Shown here: positions 12,848 to 28,661 of the stretch, piece by piece
Layout of the letters: the number at the start of each line of letters is the position of its first letter
Position numbering within the stretch: position 1 is the stretch's first letter
NCBI RefSeq assembly: GCF_009914755.1
Contig: NC_060928.1
DNA: 64,000 bases
Origin: the human T2T-CHM13v2.0 reference genome, Homo sapiens
Strand: one strand, 5' to 3'
Position numbers and translations under genes: made by a program
Notes under the pieces: model-generated
Database searches by the model: none
Seen by the model: only the letters and a program-made list of their open reading frames with translations
Told to the model about the DNA's origin: nothing

Positions 12848-15800
12848 TACATGTTTTGGGTACTTTTATATTTTATGTACAGTATATAATATATAGTTTG
12901 GGTACTTTGATATTTTATGTACGGTATATAATACATACTCTGGGAACTTTGATATTTTATGTACAGTATATAATACATACTTTGGGTACTTTGATATTTT
13001 ATGTACAGTATATAATACATACTTTGGGTACTTTGATATTTAATGTACAGTATATAATACACACTTTGCGTACTTTGATATTTTATGTAAAGTATGTAAT
13101 ACATACTTTGGGTACTTTGATATTTTATCTACAGTATGTAATACACGCTTTGGGTGCTTTGATATTTTATGTAGAGTTTGTAAAACATACTTTGGGTAGT
13201 TTGGTATTTTATGATCAGTATATAATACATATTTTGGGTACTTTGATATTTTATGTACAGTATATAATACATACTTTGGGTACTTTGATATTTTATGTAC
13301 AGTATATAATGCATAATTTGGGTACTTCAATAGTTTATGCACAGTATATAATACATACTTTGGGTAGTTTGATATTTTATGTACAGTATATAATGCATAC
13401 TTTGGGTACTTTGATAGTTTATGTACAGTATACAATACATACTTTGGGTACTTTGATATTTTATGTACAGCATATAATATGTAGTTTGGGTACTTTGATA
13501 TTTTAACTACAGTATATAATACATACTTTGGGTACTTTGATATTTTATCTACAGTATATAATAGATACTTTGGGTACTTTGATATATTATGTACAGTATA
13601 TAATACATAGTTTGGTTACTTTGATATTTTTTGTACAGTATGTAAAACATACTTTGGGGAGTTTGATATTTTATGAACAGTATATAATACACATTTTGGG
13701 TACTTTGATATTTTATGTACGGTATATAATACATACTTTGGGTACTTTGATATTTTATGTACAGTATATAATTCATACTTTGGGTACTTTGATATTTTAT
13801 GTACAGTATATAATACATACATTGGGTACTTCGATATTTTATGTGCAGTACCCTATATATAGTTTGGGTACTTTGATATTTTATGTCCAGTATAAAATAA
13901 ATAGTTTTGGTACTTTGATATTTTATGTACAGTATATAGTTTGAGTACTTTGATATTTAATGTTCAGTTTATTATAAATGTTTGGGTGCTTTCATATTTT
14001 ATATACAGTATATAATACATACTTTGGGCACTTTGATATTTTCTGTACAGTATATAATACATACTTTGGGTACTTTGATATTTTATGTATGGTATATAAT
14101 ACATACAATGGGTACTTTGATATTTTATGTACAGTATATAATATATAGTTTGGTTACTTTGATATTTTATATACAGTATATAATATATATTATGTGTACT
14201 TTGATATATTATGTACAGTATATAATATATAGTATGGGTTGTTTGATATTTTATGTACAGTATATAATATATAGTTTGGGTAGTTTGATATTTTTAGTAC
14301 AGTATGTAATATATAGTTTGTTTTATTTGATATTTTATGTACAGTATACAATATATAGTATTGGTACTTTGATATTTCATGTAAAGTATATAGTTTGAGT
14401 ACTTTGATATTTTATATGCAGTTTATTATAAATGTTTGGGTACCTTCATATTTTATGTACAGTATATAATACATACTTTGGGAACTTTTATTTTATGTGC
14501 AGTATATAATACATACTTTGGGTACTTTGATATTTCATGTACAGTATATAATACACACTTTGGGTACTTTGATATTTTATGTACAGTATATAATACATAC
14601 TTTGGGTACTTTGATGTATTATGTACAGTATATAATACATACTTTGGGTACTTTGATATTTTATGTACAGTATATAATACATACTTTGGGTACTTTGATA
14701 TTTTATGTACAGTATGTAATACATAATTTGGGTACTTTAATATTTTATGTGTAGTATATAATACATACTTTGGGTACTTAGATATTTTATGTACAGTATA
14801 TAATACATACATTGGGTACTTTCATATTTCATGTACAGTATATAATATATAGTTTGGGTACTTTGGTATATTATGTACTGTATATAATACATACTTTGAG
14901 TACTTTGATATTTTATGTACAGTATATAATACATACTTTGAGTACTTTGATATTTTATGTACAGTATGTAATACATAATTTGGGTACTTTAATATTTTAT
15001 GTATAGTATATAATACATACTTTGGGTACTTTGATATTTTATGTACAGTATATAATATATACATTGGGTACTTTCATATTTCATGTACAGTATATAATAT
15101 ATAGTTTGGGTACTTTGGTATATTATGTACTGTATATAATACATACTTTGAGTACTTTGATATTTTATGTACAGTATATAATATATAGTTTGGGTACTTT
15201 GATATTTTATATACAATATATAATATGTATTATGTGTACTTTGATATATTCTGTGCAGTATATAATATATAGTTTGGGTTGTTTGATATTTTATGTACAG
15301 TATATAATATATTGTTTGGGTAGTTTGATATTTTAAGTACAGTATGTAATATATAGTTTGTGTTATTTGATATTTTATGTAATGTATACAATATATAGTA
15401 CTGGTACTTTGATATTTCATGTAAAGTATATAGTTTGAGTACTTTGATATTTTATATACAGTTTATTATAAATGTTTGGGTACCTTCATATTTTATGTAC
15501 AGTATATAATACATACTTTGGGAACTTTTATTTTATGTGCAGTATATAATACATACCTTGGGTACTTTGATATTTTATGTACAGGATATAATACACACTT
15601 TGGGTACTTTGATATTTTATGTACAGTATATAATACACACTTTGGGTAGTTTGATATTTTATGTACAGTATGTAATACATAATTTGGGTACTTTAATATT
15701 TTATGTATAGTATATAATACATACTTTGGGTACTTTGATATTTTATGTACAGTATATAATACATACATTGGGTACTTTCATATTTCATGTACAGTATATA

Positions 15801-16096
15801 ATATATAGTTTGGGTACTTTGGTATATTATGTACTGTATATAATACATACTTTGAGTACTTTGATATTTTATGTACAGTATATAATACATACTTTGCGTA
15901 CTTTGATATTTTATGTCCAGTATAGAATATATAGTTTTGGTAGTTTGATATTTTATGTACAGTATATAGTTTGAGTACTTTCACATTTTATGTACAGTTT
16001 ATTATAAATGTTTGGGTGTTTTCATATTTTATGTACTGTATATAATACATACATTGGGCACTTTGATATATTATGTACAGTATATAATACATACTT
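12848..16096 (+). repeat. Copy of about 3610-6900 at +9238 (+9196 after a one-monomer deletion near 15650)
   Basis: ORF-track pairs 3802/13040, 4290/13528, 4744/13982, 5198/14436 and 5784/15022 are offset by +9238; 6530/15726 is offset by +9196. Confidence 0.85.
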
Positions 16097-16689
16097 TGGG
16101 TACTTTGATATTTTATGTACAGTATATAATACATACTTTGGTACTTTTATGTTTCATGTACAGTATATAATATATAGTTTGGGTACTTTGATATTTTATG
16201 TACAGTATATAATACATAGTTTGGGTATTTTGATATTTTATGTACAGTGTATAATACATACTTTGGGTACTTTGATATTTTATGTACAGTATGTAATATA
16301 TAGTTTGGGTACTTTGATATTTTATGTGCAGTATATAACACATACTTTCGGTAGTTGGATATTTTATGTACAGTATATAATACATACTTTCGGTACTTCG
16401 ATATTTGATGTACAGTATACTATATATAGATGGGTACTTTGATATTTTATGTCGGGTATAAAATAAATAGTTTTGGTACTTAGATATTTTATGTACAGTG
16501 TATAGTTTGAGTACTTTGATATTTTATGTACAGTTTGTTATAAATGGGTGCTTTCATATTTTATGTACAGTATATAATACATACTATGGGCACTTTGATA
16601 TTTTATGTACAGTATATAATACATACTTTGGGTACTTTGATATTTTATGCACACTACATAATACATACTTTGGGTACTTTGATATTTTA

Positions 16690-19600
16690 TGTACAGTATG
16701 TAATACATAATTTGGGTACTTTTATATTTTATGTATAGTATATAATACTTACTTTGGGTACTTTGATATTTTATGGACAGTGTATAATACATACTTTGGG
16801 TACTTTGATATTTTATGTACAGTATATAACATATAGTGTGGGTAATTTGATATTTTATATACAGTATATAATACATAATTTGGGTACTTTGATATTTTAT
16901 GTACAGTATATAATACATACTTTGGGTACTTTGATATTTCATGCACAGTATACAATATATAGTTTGAGTACTTTGATATTTTATGTACTGTATAAAATAT
17001 ATAGTTTTGGTACTTTGATATTTTATGTACAGTATATAGTTTGAGTACTTTGATATTTTATGTACAGTTTGTTATAAATGCTTGGGTGCTTTCATATTTT
17101 ATGTACAGTATATAATACATACTTTGGGCACTTTGATATCTTATGTACAGTATATAATACATACTTTGGGTTCTCTGATATTTTCTGTACAGTGTATAAT
17201 ACATACTTTGGGTACTTTGATATTTTATGTACAATATATAATACATACGTTGGGAACTTTGATATATTATGTACAGTATATAATACATACTTTGGGTACT
17301 TTGATATTTTATCTACAGTATACAACACATAGTTTGTATACTTTGATATTTTATGTACAGTATATAATACATACTTTGGGTACTTTGATATTTTATGTAC
17401 AGTACATAATACATACTTTGGGTATTTTCATATTTTATGTACAGTATATAATATATAGTTTGGTTACTTTGATATTTTATCTACAGTTTATAATACATAC
17501 TTTGGATACTTTGAAACTTTATGTACAGTATATAATACGTAATTTGGGTAGTTTGATATTTTATGTACAGTATACAATATATAGTTTGAGTACTTTAATA
17601 TTTTATGTGCAGTATAAAATATATAGTTTTGGTACTTTCATATTTTATGTACAGTATATAGTTTGAGTACTTTGATATTTTATGTACAGTTTTTTATAAA
17701 TGTTTGGGTGCTTTCATATTTTATGTACAGTATATAATACATACTAAGGGCACTTTGATATTTTATGTACAGTATATAATACATACTTTGGGTACTTTGA
17801 TATTTTATGTACGGTATATAATACATACATTGGGTACTTTGATATTTTATGTACAGTATATAATATATAGTTTGGGTATTTTGATATTTTATGTACAGTA
17901 TATAATACATACTTTGGGTACTTTGATATTTTATGTACAGTATATAATACATACTTTGGGAACTTTGATATTTTATGTACAGTATGTAAAACATACTTTG
18001 GGTACTTTGATATTTTATGTACAGGATATAATGCATACTTTGGGTACTTTGATAGTTTATGTACAGTCTATAATACATACTTTGGGTACTTTGATATTTT
18101 ATGTATAGTATAAAATATATAGTTTGGGTACTTTGATATTTTATGTACAGTATGTAAAAGATACTTTGGGGAGTTTTATATTTTATGTACAGTATGTAAA
18201 ACATACTTTGGGGAGTTTGATATTTTATGAACAGTATATAATACACATTTTGTGTACTTTGATATTTTGTGTACAGTATATAATACATACTTTGGGTACT
18301 TTCATATTTTATGTACAGTATATATTACATACTTTGGGTACTTTGATATTTTATGTACAGTATACAATATATAGTTTGAGTACTTTGATATTTTATGTAC
18401 TGTATAAAATATATAGTTTTGGTACTTTGATATTTTATGTACAGTATATAGTTTGAGTACTTTGATATTTTATGTACAGTTTGTTATAAATATTTTGGTG
18501 CTTTCATATTTTATGTACTGTATATAATACATGCTTTGGGCACTTTGATATTTTATGTACAGTATATAATACATACTTTGTGTACTCTGATATTTTATGT
18601 ACAGTGTATAATACATACTTTGGGTACTTTGATATTTTATGTACAGTATATAATACATACATTGGGTACTTTGATATATTATGTACAGTATATAATACTT
18701 ACTTGGGGTACTTTGATATTTTATGTACAGTATATAATACATAGTTTGTGTACTTTGATATTTTATGTACAGTATATAATACATACTTTGGGTACTTTGA
18801 TATTTTATGTACAGTATATAATACATACTTTGGGTACTTTCATATTTCATGTACAGTTTATAATATATAGTTTGGGTACTTTGGTATATTATGTACTGTA
18901 TATAATACATTCTTTGGGTACTTTGATATTTTATGTACAGTATATAATACATACTTTGGGTACTTTGATATTTTATGTACAGTATAAAATATATACTTTG
19001 ACTACTTTGATATTTTATGTCCAGTATAGAATATATATTTTTGGTACTTTGATATTTTATGTACAGTATATAGTTTGAGTACATTGATATTTTATGTACA
19101 CTTTATTATAAATGTTTGGATACTTTCATATTTTATGTACAGTATATAATACATACTTTGGGCACTTTGATATTTTATGTACAGTATACAATACATACTT
19201 TGGGTACTTTGATATTTTATGTACAGTATATAATACATAATTTGGGTACTTTGATATTTTATGTACAGTATATAATGCATACTTTGGGTACTTTGATGTT
19301 TTATGTACAGTATATAATACATACTTAGGGTACTTTGACATTTTATGTGCAGTACATAATACATACTTTGGATACTTTGTTATTTTAAATACAGTATGTA
19401 ATACATATTTTGGGTACTTTGATATTTTATGTACAGTATATAATACATACTTTGGTACTTTTATATTTCATGTACAGTATAAAATATATAGTTTGGGTAC
19501 TTTGATATTTTATGTACACTATATAATACATAGTTTGGGTATTTTGATATTTTATGTACAGTATATAATACATACTTTGTGTACTTTGATATTTTATGTA

Positions 19601-22600
19601 CAGTATATAATATATAGTTTGGGTACTTTGATATTTTATGTGTAGTATATAACACATACTTTCGGTAGTTGGATATTTTATGTACAGTATATAATACATA
19701 CTTTGGGTACTTCGATATTTGATGTACAGTATACTATACATAGTTTGGGTACTTTGATATTTTATGTCGGGTACAAAATAAATAGTTTTGGTACTTAGAT
19801 ATTTTATGTACAGTATATAGTTTGAGTACTTTGATATTTTATGTACAGTTTATTATAAATGGGTGCTTTCATATTTTATGTACAGTATATAATACATACT
19901 ATGGGCACTTTGATATTTTATGTACAGTATATAATACATACTTTGGGTACTTTGATATTTTATGTACACTACATAATACATACTTTGGGTACTTTGATAT
20001 TTTATGTACAGTACATAATATATAGTTTGGGTACTTTGATATTTTATGTGTAGTATATAACACATACTTTCGGTACTTGGATATTTTATGTACAGTATAT
20101 AATACATAATTTGGGTACTTCCATATTTTATGTACAGTATGCTATATATAGTTTGGGTACTTTGATATTTTATGTCCAGTATAAAATAAAAAGTTTTGGT
20201 AATTCGATATTTTATGTACAGTGTATCGTTTGAGTACTTTGATATTTAATGTACAGTTTATTGTAAATGTTCGGGTGCTTTCATATTTTATGTACAGTAT
20301 ATAATACATTCTTTGAGCACTTTGATATTTTATGTACAGTATATAATACATACTTTGGGTAATTTGATATTTTATGTACAGTATATAATACATACATTGG
20401 GTACTTTGATATTTTACGTACAGTATATAATATATAGTTAGGGTACTTTGATATTTTATATACAGTATATAATATATATTATGTGTACTTTGATATATTA
20501 TGTACAGTATATAATATATAGTTTGGGTAATTTGATATTTTATGTACAGTATACAATATATAGTATTGGTACTTTGATATTTCATGTAAAGTATATAGTT
20601 TGAGTACTTTGATATTTTATATACAATTTATTATAAATGTCTGGGTACCTTCCTATTTTATGTACAGTATATAATACATACTTTGGGAACTTTTATTTTA
20701 TGTGCAGTATATAATACATACTTTGGGTAGTTTGATATTTTATGTATGGTATATAATACACACTTTGGGTACTTTGATATTTTATGTACAGTATATAATA
20801 CACACTTTGGGTACTTTGATATTTTATGTACAGTATATAATACATACTTTGAGTACTTTGATATTTTATGTACAGTATATAATACATACTTTGGGTACTT
20901 TAATATTTTATGTATAGTATATAATACCTACTTTGGGTACTTTGATATTTTGTGGAAAGTATATAATACATGCTTTGGGTAAGTTGATATTTTATGTACA
21001 GTATATAATATATAGTTTGGGTACTTTGATATTTTATATACAGTATATAATACATACTTTGGGTACTTTGATATTTTTTGTACAGTATATAAAACATACT
21101 TTGGGGAGTTTGATATTGTATGAACAGTATATAATACACATTTTGGGTACTTTGATATTTTATGTACAGTATATAATACATACTTTGGGTACTTTGATAT
21201 TTTACGTGCAGTATATAATACATAGGTTGGGTACTTTGATATTTTATGTACAGTATATAATACATACATTGGGTACTTCGATATTTTATGTGCAGTACCG
21301 TATATATAGTTTGGGTATTTTGATATTTTATGTCCAGTATAAAATAAATAGTTTTGTTACTTTGATATTTTATGTACAGTTTATAGTTTGAGTACTTTGA
21401 TATTTAATGTTCAGTTTATTATAAATGTTTGGGTGCTTTCATATTTTATATACAGTATATAATACATACTTTGGGCACCTTGATATTTTATGTACAGTAT
21501 ATAATACATACTTTGGGTACTTTGATATTTTATGTACGGTATATAATACATACATTGGGTACTTTGATATTTTATGTACAGTATATAATATATACTTTGG
21601 GTACTTTGATATTTTATATACAGTATATAATATATATTATGTGTACTTTGATATATTCTGTGCAGTATATAATATATAGTTTGGGTTGTTTGATATTTTA
21701 TGTACAGTATATAATATATAGTATGGGTAGTTTGATATTTTAAGTACAGTATGTAATATATAGTTTATGTTATTTGATATTTTATGTACAGTATACAATA
21801 TATAGTACTGGTACTTTGATATTTCATGTAAAGTATATAGTTTGAGTACTTTGATATTTTATATACAGTTTATTATAAATGTTTGGGTACCTTCATATTT
21901 TATGTACAGTATGTAATACATACTTTGGGAACTTTTATTTTATGTGCAGTATATAATACATACTTTGGGTACTTTGATATTTTATGTACAGTATATAATA
22001 CACACTTTGGGTACTTTGATATTTTATGTACAGTATATAATACACACTTTGGGTACTTTGATATTTTATGTACAGTATATAATACACACTTTGGGTACTT
22101 TGATATTTTATGTACAGTATATAATACATACTTTGGGTAATTTGATGTATTATGTACAGTATATAATACATACTTTGGGTACTTTGATATTTTATGTACA
22201 GTATATAATACATACTTTGGGTACTTTGATATTTTATGTACAGTATGTAATACATAATTTGGGTACTTTTATATTTTATGTATAGTATATAATACTTACT
22301 TTGGGTACTTTGATATTTTATGGACAGTGTATAATACATACTTTGGGTACTTTGATATTTTATGTACAGTATATAACATATAGTTTGGGTAATTTAATAT
22401 TTTATATACAGTATATAATACATACTTTGGGTACTTTGATATTTTATGTACAGTATATAATACATACTTTGGGTACTTTGATATTTCATGCATAGTATAC
22501 AATATATAGTTTGAGTACTTTGATATTTTATGTACTGTATAAAATATATAGTTTTGGTACTTTGATATTTTATGTACAGTATATAGTTTGAGTACTTTGA

Positions 22601-25600
22601 TATTTTATGTACAGTTTGTTATAAATGTTTGGGTGCTTTCATATTTTATGTACAGTATATAATACATACTTTGGGCACTTTGATATCTTATGTACAGTAT
22701 ATAATACATACTTTGGGTTCTCTGATATTTTCTGTACAGTGTATAATACATACTTTGGGTACTTTGATATTTTATGTACAATATATAATACATACGTTGG
22801 GAACTTTGATATATTATGTACAGTATATAATACATACTTTGGGTACTTTGATATTTTATCTACAGTATACAACACATAGTTTGTGTACTTTGATATTTTA
22901 TGTACAGTATATAATACATACTTTGGGTACTTTGATATTTTATGTACAGTACATAATACATACTTTGGGTACTTTCATATTTTATGTACAGTATATAATA
23001 TATAGTTTGGTTACTTTGATATTTTATCTACAGTTTATAATACATACTTTGGATACTTTGAAACTTTATGTACAGTATATAATACGTACTTTGGGTACTT
23101 TGATATTTTATGTACCGTATACAATATATAGTTTGAGTACTTTAATATTTTATGTGCAGTATAAAATATATAGATTTGGTACTTTCATATTTTATGTACA
23201 GTATATAGTTTGAGTACTTTGATATTTTATGTACAGTTTTTTATAAATGTTTGGGTGCTTTCATATTTTATGTACAGTATATAATACATACTAAGGGCAC
23301 TTTGATATTTTATGTACAGTATATAATACATACTTTGGGTACTTTGAAATTTTATGTACGTCATATAATATATAGTTTGGGTACTTTGATATTTTATGTA
23401 CAGTATATAATACATACCTTGGGTACTTTGATATTTTATGTACAGTATATAATATATAGTTTGGGTATTTTGATATTTTATGTACAGTATATAATACATA
23501 CTTTGGGTACTTTGATATTTTATGTACAGTATATAATACATACTTTGGGAACTTTGATATTTTATGTACAGTATGTAAAACATGCTTTGGGTACTTTGAT
23601 ATTTTATGTACAGGATATAATGCATACTTTGGGTACTTTGATAGTTTATGTACAGTCTATAATACATACTTTGGGTACTTTGATATTTTATGTATAGTAT
23701 AAAATATATAGTTTGGGTACTTTGATATTTTATGTACAGTATGTAAAAGATACTTTGGGGAGTTTGATATTTTATGTACAGTATGTAAAACATACTTTGG
23801 GGAGTTTGATATTTTATGAACAGTATATAATACACATTTTGTGTACTTTGATATTTTGTGTACAGTATATAATACATACTTTGGGTACTTTGATATTTTA
23901 TGTACAGCATATATTACATACTTTGGGTACTTTGATATTTTATGTACAGTATACAATATATAGTTTGAGTACTTTGATATTTTATGTACTGTATAAAATA
24001 TATAGTTTTGGTACTTTGATATTTTATGTACAGTATATAGTTTGAGTACTTTGATATTTTATGTACAGTTTGTTATAAATATTTTGGTGCTTTCATATTT
24101 TATGTACTGTATATAATACATGCTTTGGGCACTTTGATATTTTATGTACAGTATATAATACATACTTTGGGTACTCTGATATTTTATGTACAGTGTATAA
24201 TACATACTTTGGGTACTTTGATATTTTATGTACAGTATATAATACATACATTGGGTACTTTGATATATTATGTACAGTATATAATACTTACTTGGGGTAC
24301 TTTGATATTTTATGTACAGTATATAATACATAGTTTGTGTACTTTGATATTTTATGTACAGTATATAATACATACTTTGGGTACTTTGATATTTTATGTA
24401 CAGTATATAATACATACTTTGGGTATCTTGATATTTTATGTACAGTATATAATGCATACTTTGCGTACTTTGATATTTTATGTACAGTATATAATGCATA
24501 CTTTGGGTACTTTGATATTTTATGTACAGTATGTAATACATACTTTGGGTACTTTGATATTTTATGTATAGTATATAATACATACTTTGTGTAGTTTGAT
24601 ATTTTATGTACAGTATACAATATATAGTTTGAGTACTTTGTTATTTTATGTGCAGTATAAAATATATAGTTTTCGTAATTGATATTTTATGTACAGAATA
24701 TAGTTTGAGTACTTTGATATTTTATGTACACTTTATTATAAACGTTTGGGTACTTTCATAATTTATGTACAGTATATAATACATACTTTGGTCTCTTTGA
24801 TGTTTTATGTACAGTATATAATACATACTTTGGGTTCTTTGATATTTTATATGCAGAATATAATGCATAGTTTTAGGTACTTTTATATTTTATGTACAGT
24901 ATATAATACATACTTTGGGTACTTTGATATTTTATGTACAGTATATAATACATACTTTGGGTACTTTGATATTTTATGTACAGTATATAATACATACTTT
25001 GGGTACTTTCATATTTCATGTACAGTTTATAATATATAGTTTGGGTACTTTAGTATATTATGTACTGTATATAATACATACTTTGGGTACTTTGATATTT
25101 TATGTACAGTATATAATACATACTTTGGGTACTTTGATATTTTATGTACAGTATAAAATATATACTTTGACTACTTTGATATTTTATGTCCAGTATAGAA
25201 TATATATTTTTGGTAGTTTGATATTTCATGTACAGTATATAGTTTGAGTTCATTGATATTTTATGTACACTTTATTATAAATGTTTGGATACTTTCATAT
25301 TTTATGTACAGTATATAATACATACTTTGGGCACTTTGATATTTTATGTACAGTATATAATACATAATTTGGGTACTTTGATATTTTATGTACAGTATAT
25401 AATGCATACTTTGGGTACTTTGATGTTTTATGTACAGTATATAATACATACTTAGGGTACTTTGACATTTTATGTGCAGTACATAATACATACTTTGGAT
25501 ACTTTGTTATTTTAAATACAGTATGTAATACATATTTTGGGTACTTTGATATTTTATGTACAGTATATAATACATACTTTGGTACTTTTATATTTCATGT

Positions 25601-28450
25601 ACAGTATAAAATATATAGTTTGGGTACTTTGATATTTTATGTACAGTATATAATACATAGTTTGGGTATTTTGATATTTTATGTACAGTATATAATACAT
25701 ACTTTGGGTACTTTGATATTTTATGTACAGTATATAATATATAGTTTGGGTACTTTGATATTTTATGTGTAGTATATAACACATACTTTCGGTAGTTGGA
25801 TATTTTATGTACAGTATATAATACATACTTTGGGTACTTCGATATTTGATGTACAGTATACTATACATAGTTTGGGTACTTTGATATTTTATGTCGGGTA
25901 TAAAATAAATAGTTTTGGTACTTAGATATTTTATGTACAGTATATAGTTTGAGTACTTTGATATTTTATGTACAGTTTATTATAAATGGGTGCTTTCATA
26001 TATTATGTACAGTATATAATACATACTATGGGCACTTTGATATTTTATGTACAGTATATAATACATACTTTGGGTACTTTGATATTTTATGTACACTACA
26101 TAATACATACTTTGGGTACTTTGATATTTTATGTACAGTACATAATATATAGTTTGGGTACTTTGATATTTTATGTGTAGTATATAACACATACTTTCGG
26201 TACTTGGATATTTTATGTACAGTATATAATACATAATTTGGGTACTTCCATATTTTATGTACAGTATGCTATATATAGTTTGGGTACTTTGATATTTTAT
26301 GTCCAGTATAAAATAAAAAGTTTTGGTAATTCGATGTTTTATGTACAGTGTATCGTTTGAGTACTTTGATATTTAATGTACAGTTTATTATAAATGTTCG
26401 GGTGCTTTCATATTTTATGTACAGTATATAATACATACTTTGAGCACTTTGATATTTTATGTACAGTATATAATACATACTTTGGGTAATTTGATATTTT
26501 ATGTACAGTATATAATACATACATTGGGTACTTTGATATTTTATGTACAGTATATAATATATAGTTAGGGTACTTTGATATTTTATATACAGTATTTAAT
26601 ATATATTATGTGTACTTTGATATATTATGTACAGTATATAATATATAGTTTGGGTAATTTGATATTTTATGTACAGTATACAATATATAGTATTGGTACT
26701 TTGATATTTCATGTAAAGTATATAGTTTGAGTACTTTGATATTTTATATACAGTTTATTATAAATGTTTGGGTACCTTCCTATTTTATGTACAGTATATA
26801 ATACATACTTTGGGAACTTTTATTTTATGTGCAGTATATAATACATACTTTGGGTACTTTGATATTTTATGTATAGTATATAATACACACTTTGGGTACT
26901 TTGATATTTTATGTACAGTATATAATACACACTTTGGGTACTTTGATATTTTATGTACAGTATATAATACATACTTTGGGAACTTTGATGTATTATGTAC
27001 AGTATATAATACATACTTTGGGTACTTTGATATTTTATGTACAGTATATAATACATACTTTGAGTACTTTGATATTTTATGTACAGTATATAATACATAC
27101 TTTGGGTACTTTAATATTTTATGTATAGTATATAATACCTACTTTGGGTACTTTGATATTTTGTGGAAAGTATATAATACATGCTTTGGGTAAGTTGATA
27201 TTTTATGTACAGTATATAATATATAGTATGGGTACTTTGATATTTTATATACAGTATATAATACATACTTTGGGTACTTTGATATTTTTTGTACAGTATA
27301 TAAAACATACTTTGGGGAGTTTGATATTGTATGAACAGTATATAATACACATTTTGGGTACTTTGATATTTTATGTACAGTATATAATACATACTTTGGG
27401 TACTTGGATATTTTACGTGCAGTATATAATACATAGGTTGGGTACTTTGATATTTTATGTACAGTATATAATACATATATTGGGTACTTCGATATTTTAT
27501 GTGCAGTACCGTATATATAGTTTGGGTATTTTGATATTTTATGTCCAGTATAAAATAAATAGTTTTGTTACTTTGATATTTTATGTACAGTTTATAGTTT
27601 GAGTACTTTGATATTTAATGTTCAGTTTATTATAAATGTTTGGGTGCTTTCATATTTTATATACAGTATATAATACATACTTTGGGCACCTTGATATTTT
27701 ATGTACAGTATATAATACATACTTCGGGTACTTTGATATTTTATGTACGGTATATAATACATACATTGGGTACTTTGATATTTTATGTACAGTATATAAT
27801 ATATACTTTGGGTACTTTGATATTTTATATACAGTATATAATATATATTATGTGTACTTTGATATATTCTGTGCAGTATATAATATATAGTTTGGGTTGT
27901 TTGATATTTTATGTACAGTATATAATATATAGTTTGGGTAGTTTGATATTTTAAGTACAGTATGTAATATATAGTTTGTGTTATTTGATATTTTATGTAC
28001 AGTATACAATATATAGTACTGGTACTTTGATATTTCATGTAAAGTATATAGTTTCAGTACTTTGATATTTTATATACAGTTTATTATAAATGTTTGGGTA
28101 CCTTCATATTTTATGTACAGTATATAATACATACTTTGGGAACTTTTATTTTATGTGCAGTATATAATACATACCTTGGGTACTTTGATATTTTATGTAC
28201 AGTATATAATACACACTTTGGGTACTTTGATATTTTATGTACAGTATATAATACACACTTTGGGTAGTTTGATATTTTATGTACAGTATATAATACATAC
28301 TTTGGGTACTTTGATGTATTATGTACAGTATATAATACATACTCTGGGTACTTTGATATTTTATGTACAGTATATAATACATACTTTGGGTACTTTGATA
28401 TTTTATGTACAGTATGTAATACATAATTTGGGTACTTTAATATTTTATGT
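16690..28450 (+). repeat. Imperfect tandem duplication of about 5.5-6.2 kb (16.7-22.2 kb versus 22.2-28.4 kb)
   Basis: Collinear offsets are 5547 (17082/22629), 5589 (18124/23713), 6169 (19092/25261), 6127 (19822/25949) and 6211 (21429/27640). All steps are multiples of 42 or equal 580 (14x42-8). Confidence 0.85.
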
Positions 28451-28661
28451 ATAGTATATAATACATACTTTGGGTACTTTGATATTTTATGTACAGTATA
28501 TAATACATACATTGGGTACTTTCATATTTCATGTACAGTATATAATATATAGTTTGGGTACTTTGGTATATTATGTACTGTATATAATACATACTTTGAG
28601 TACTTTGATATTTTATGTACAGTATATAATACATACTTTGGGTACTTTGATATTTTATGTA

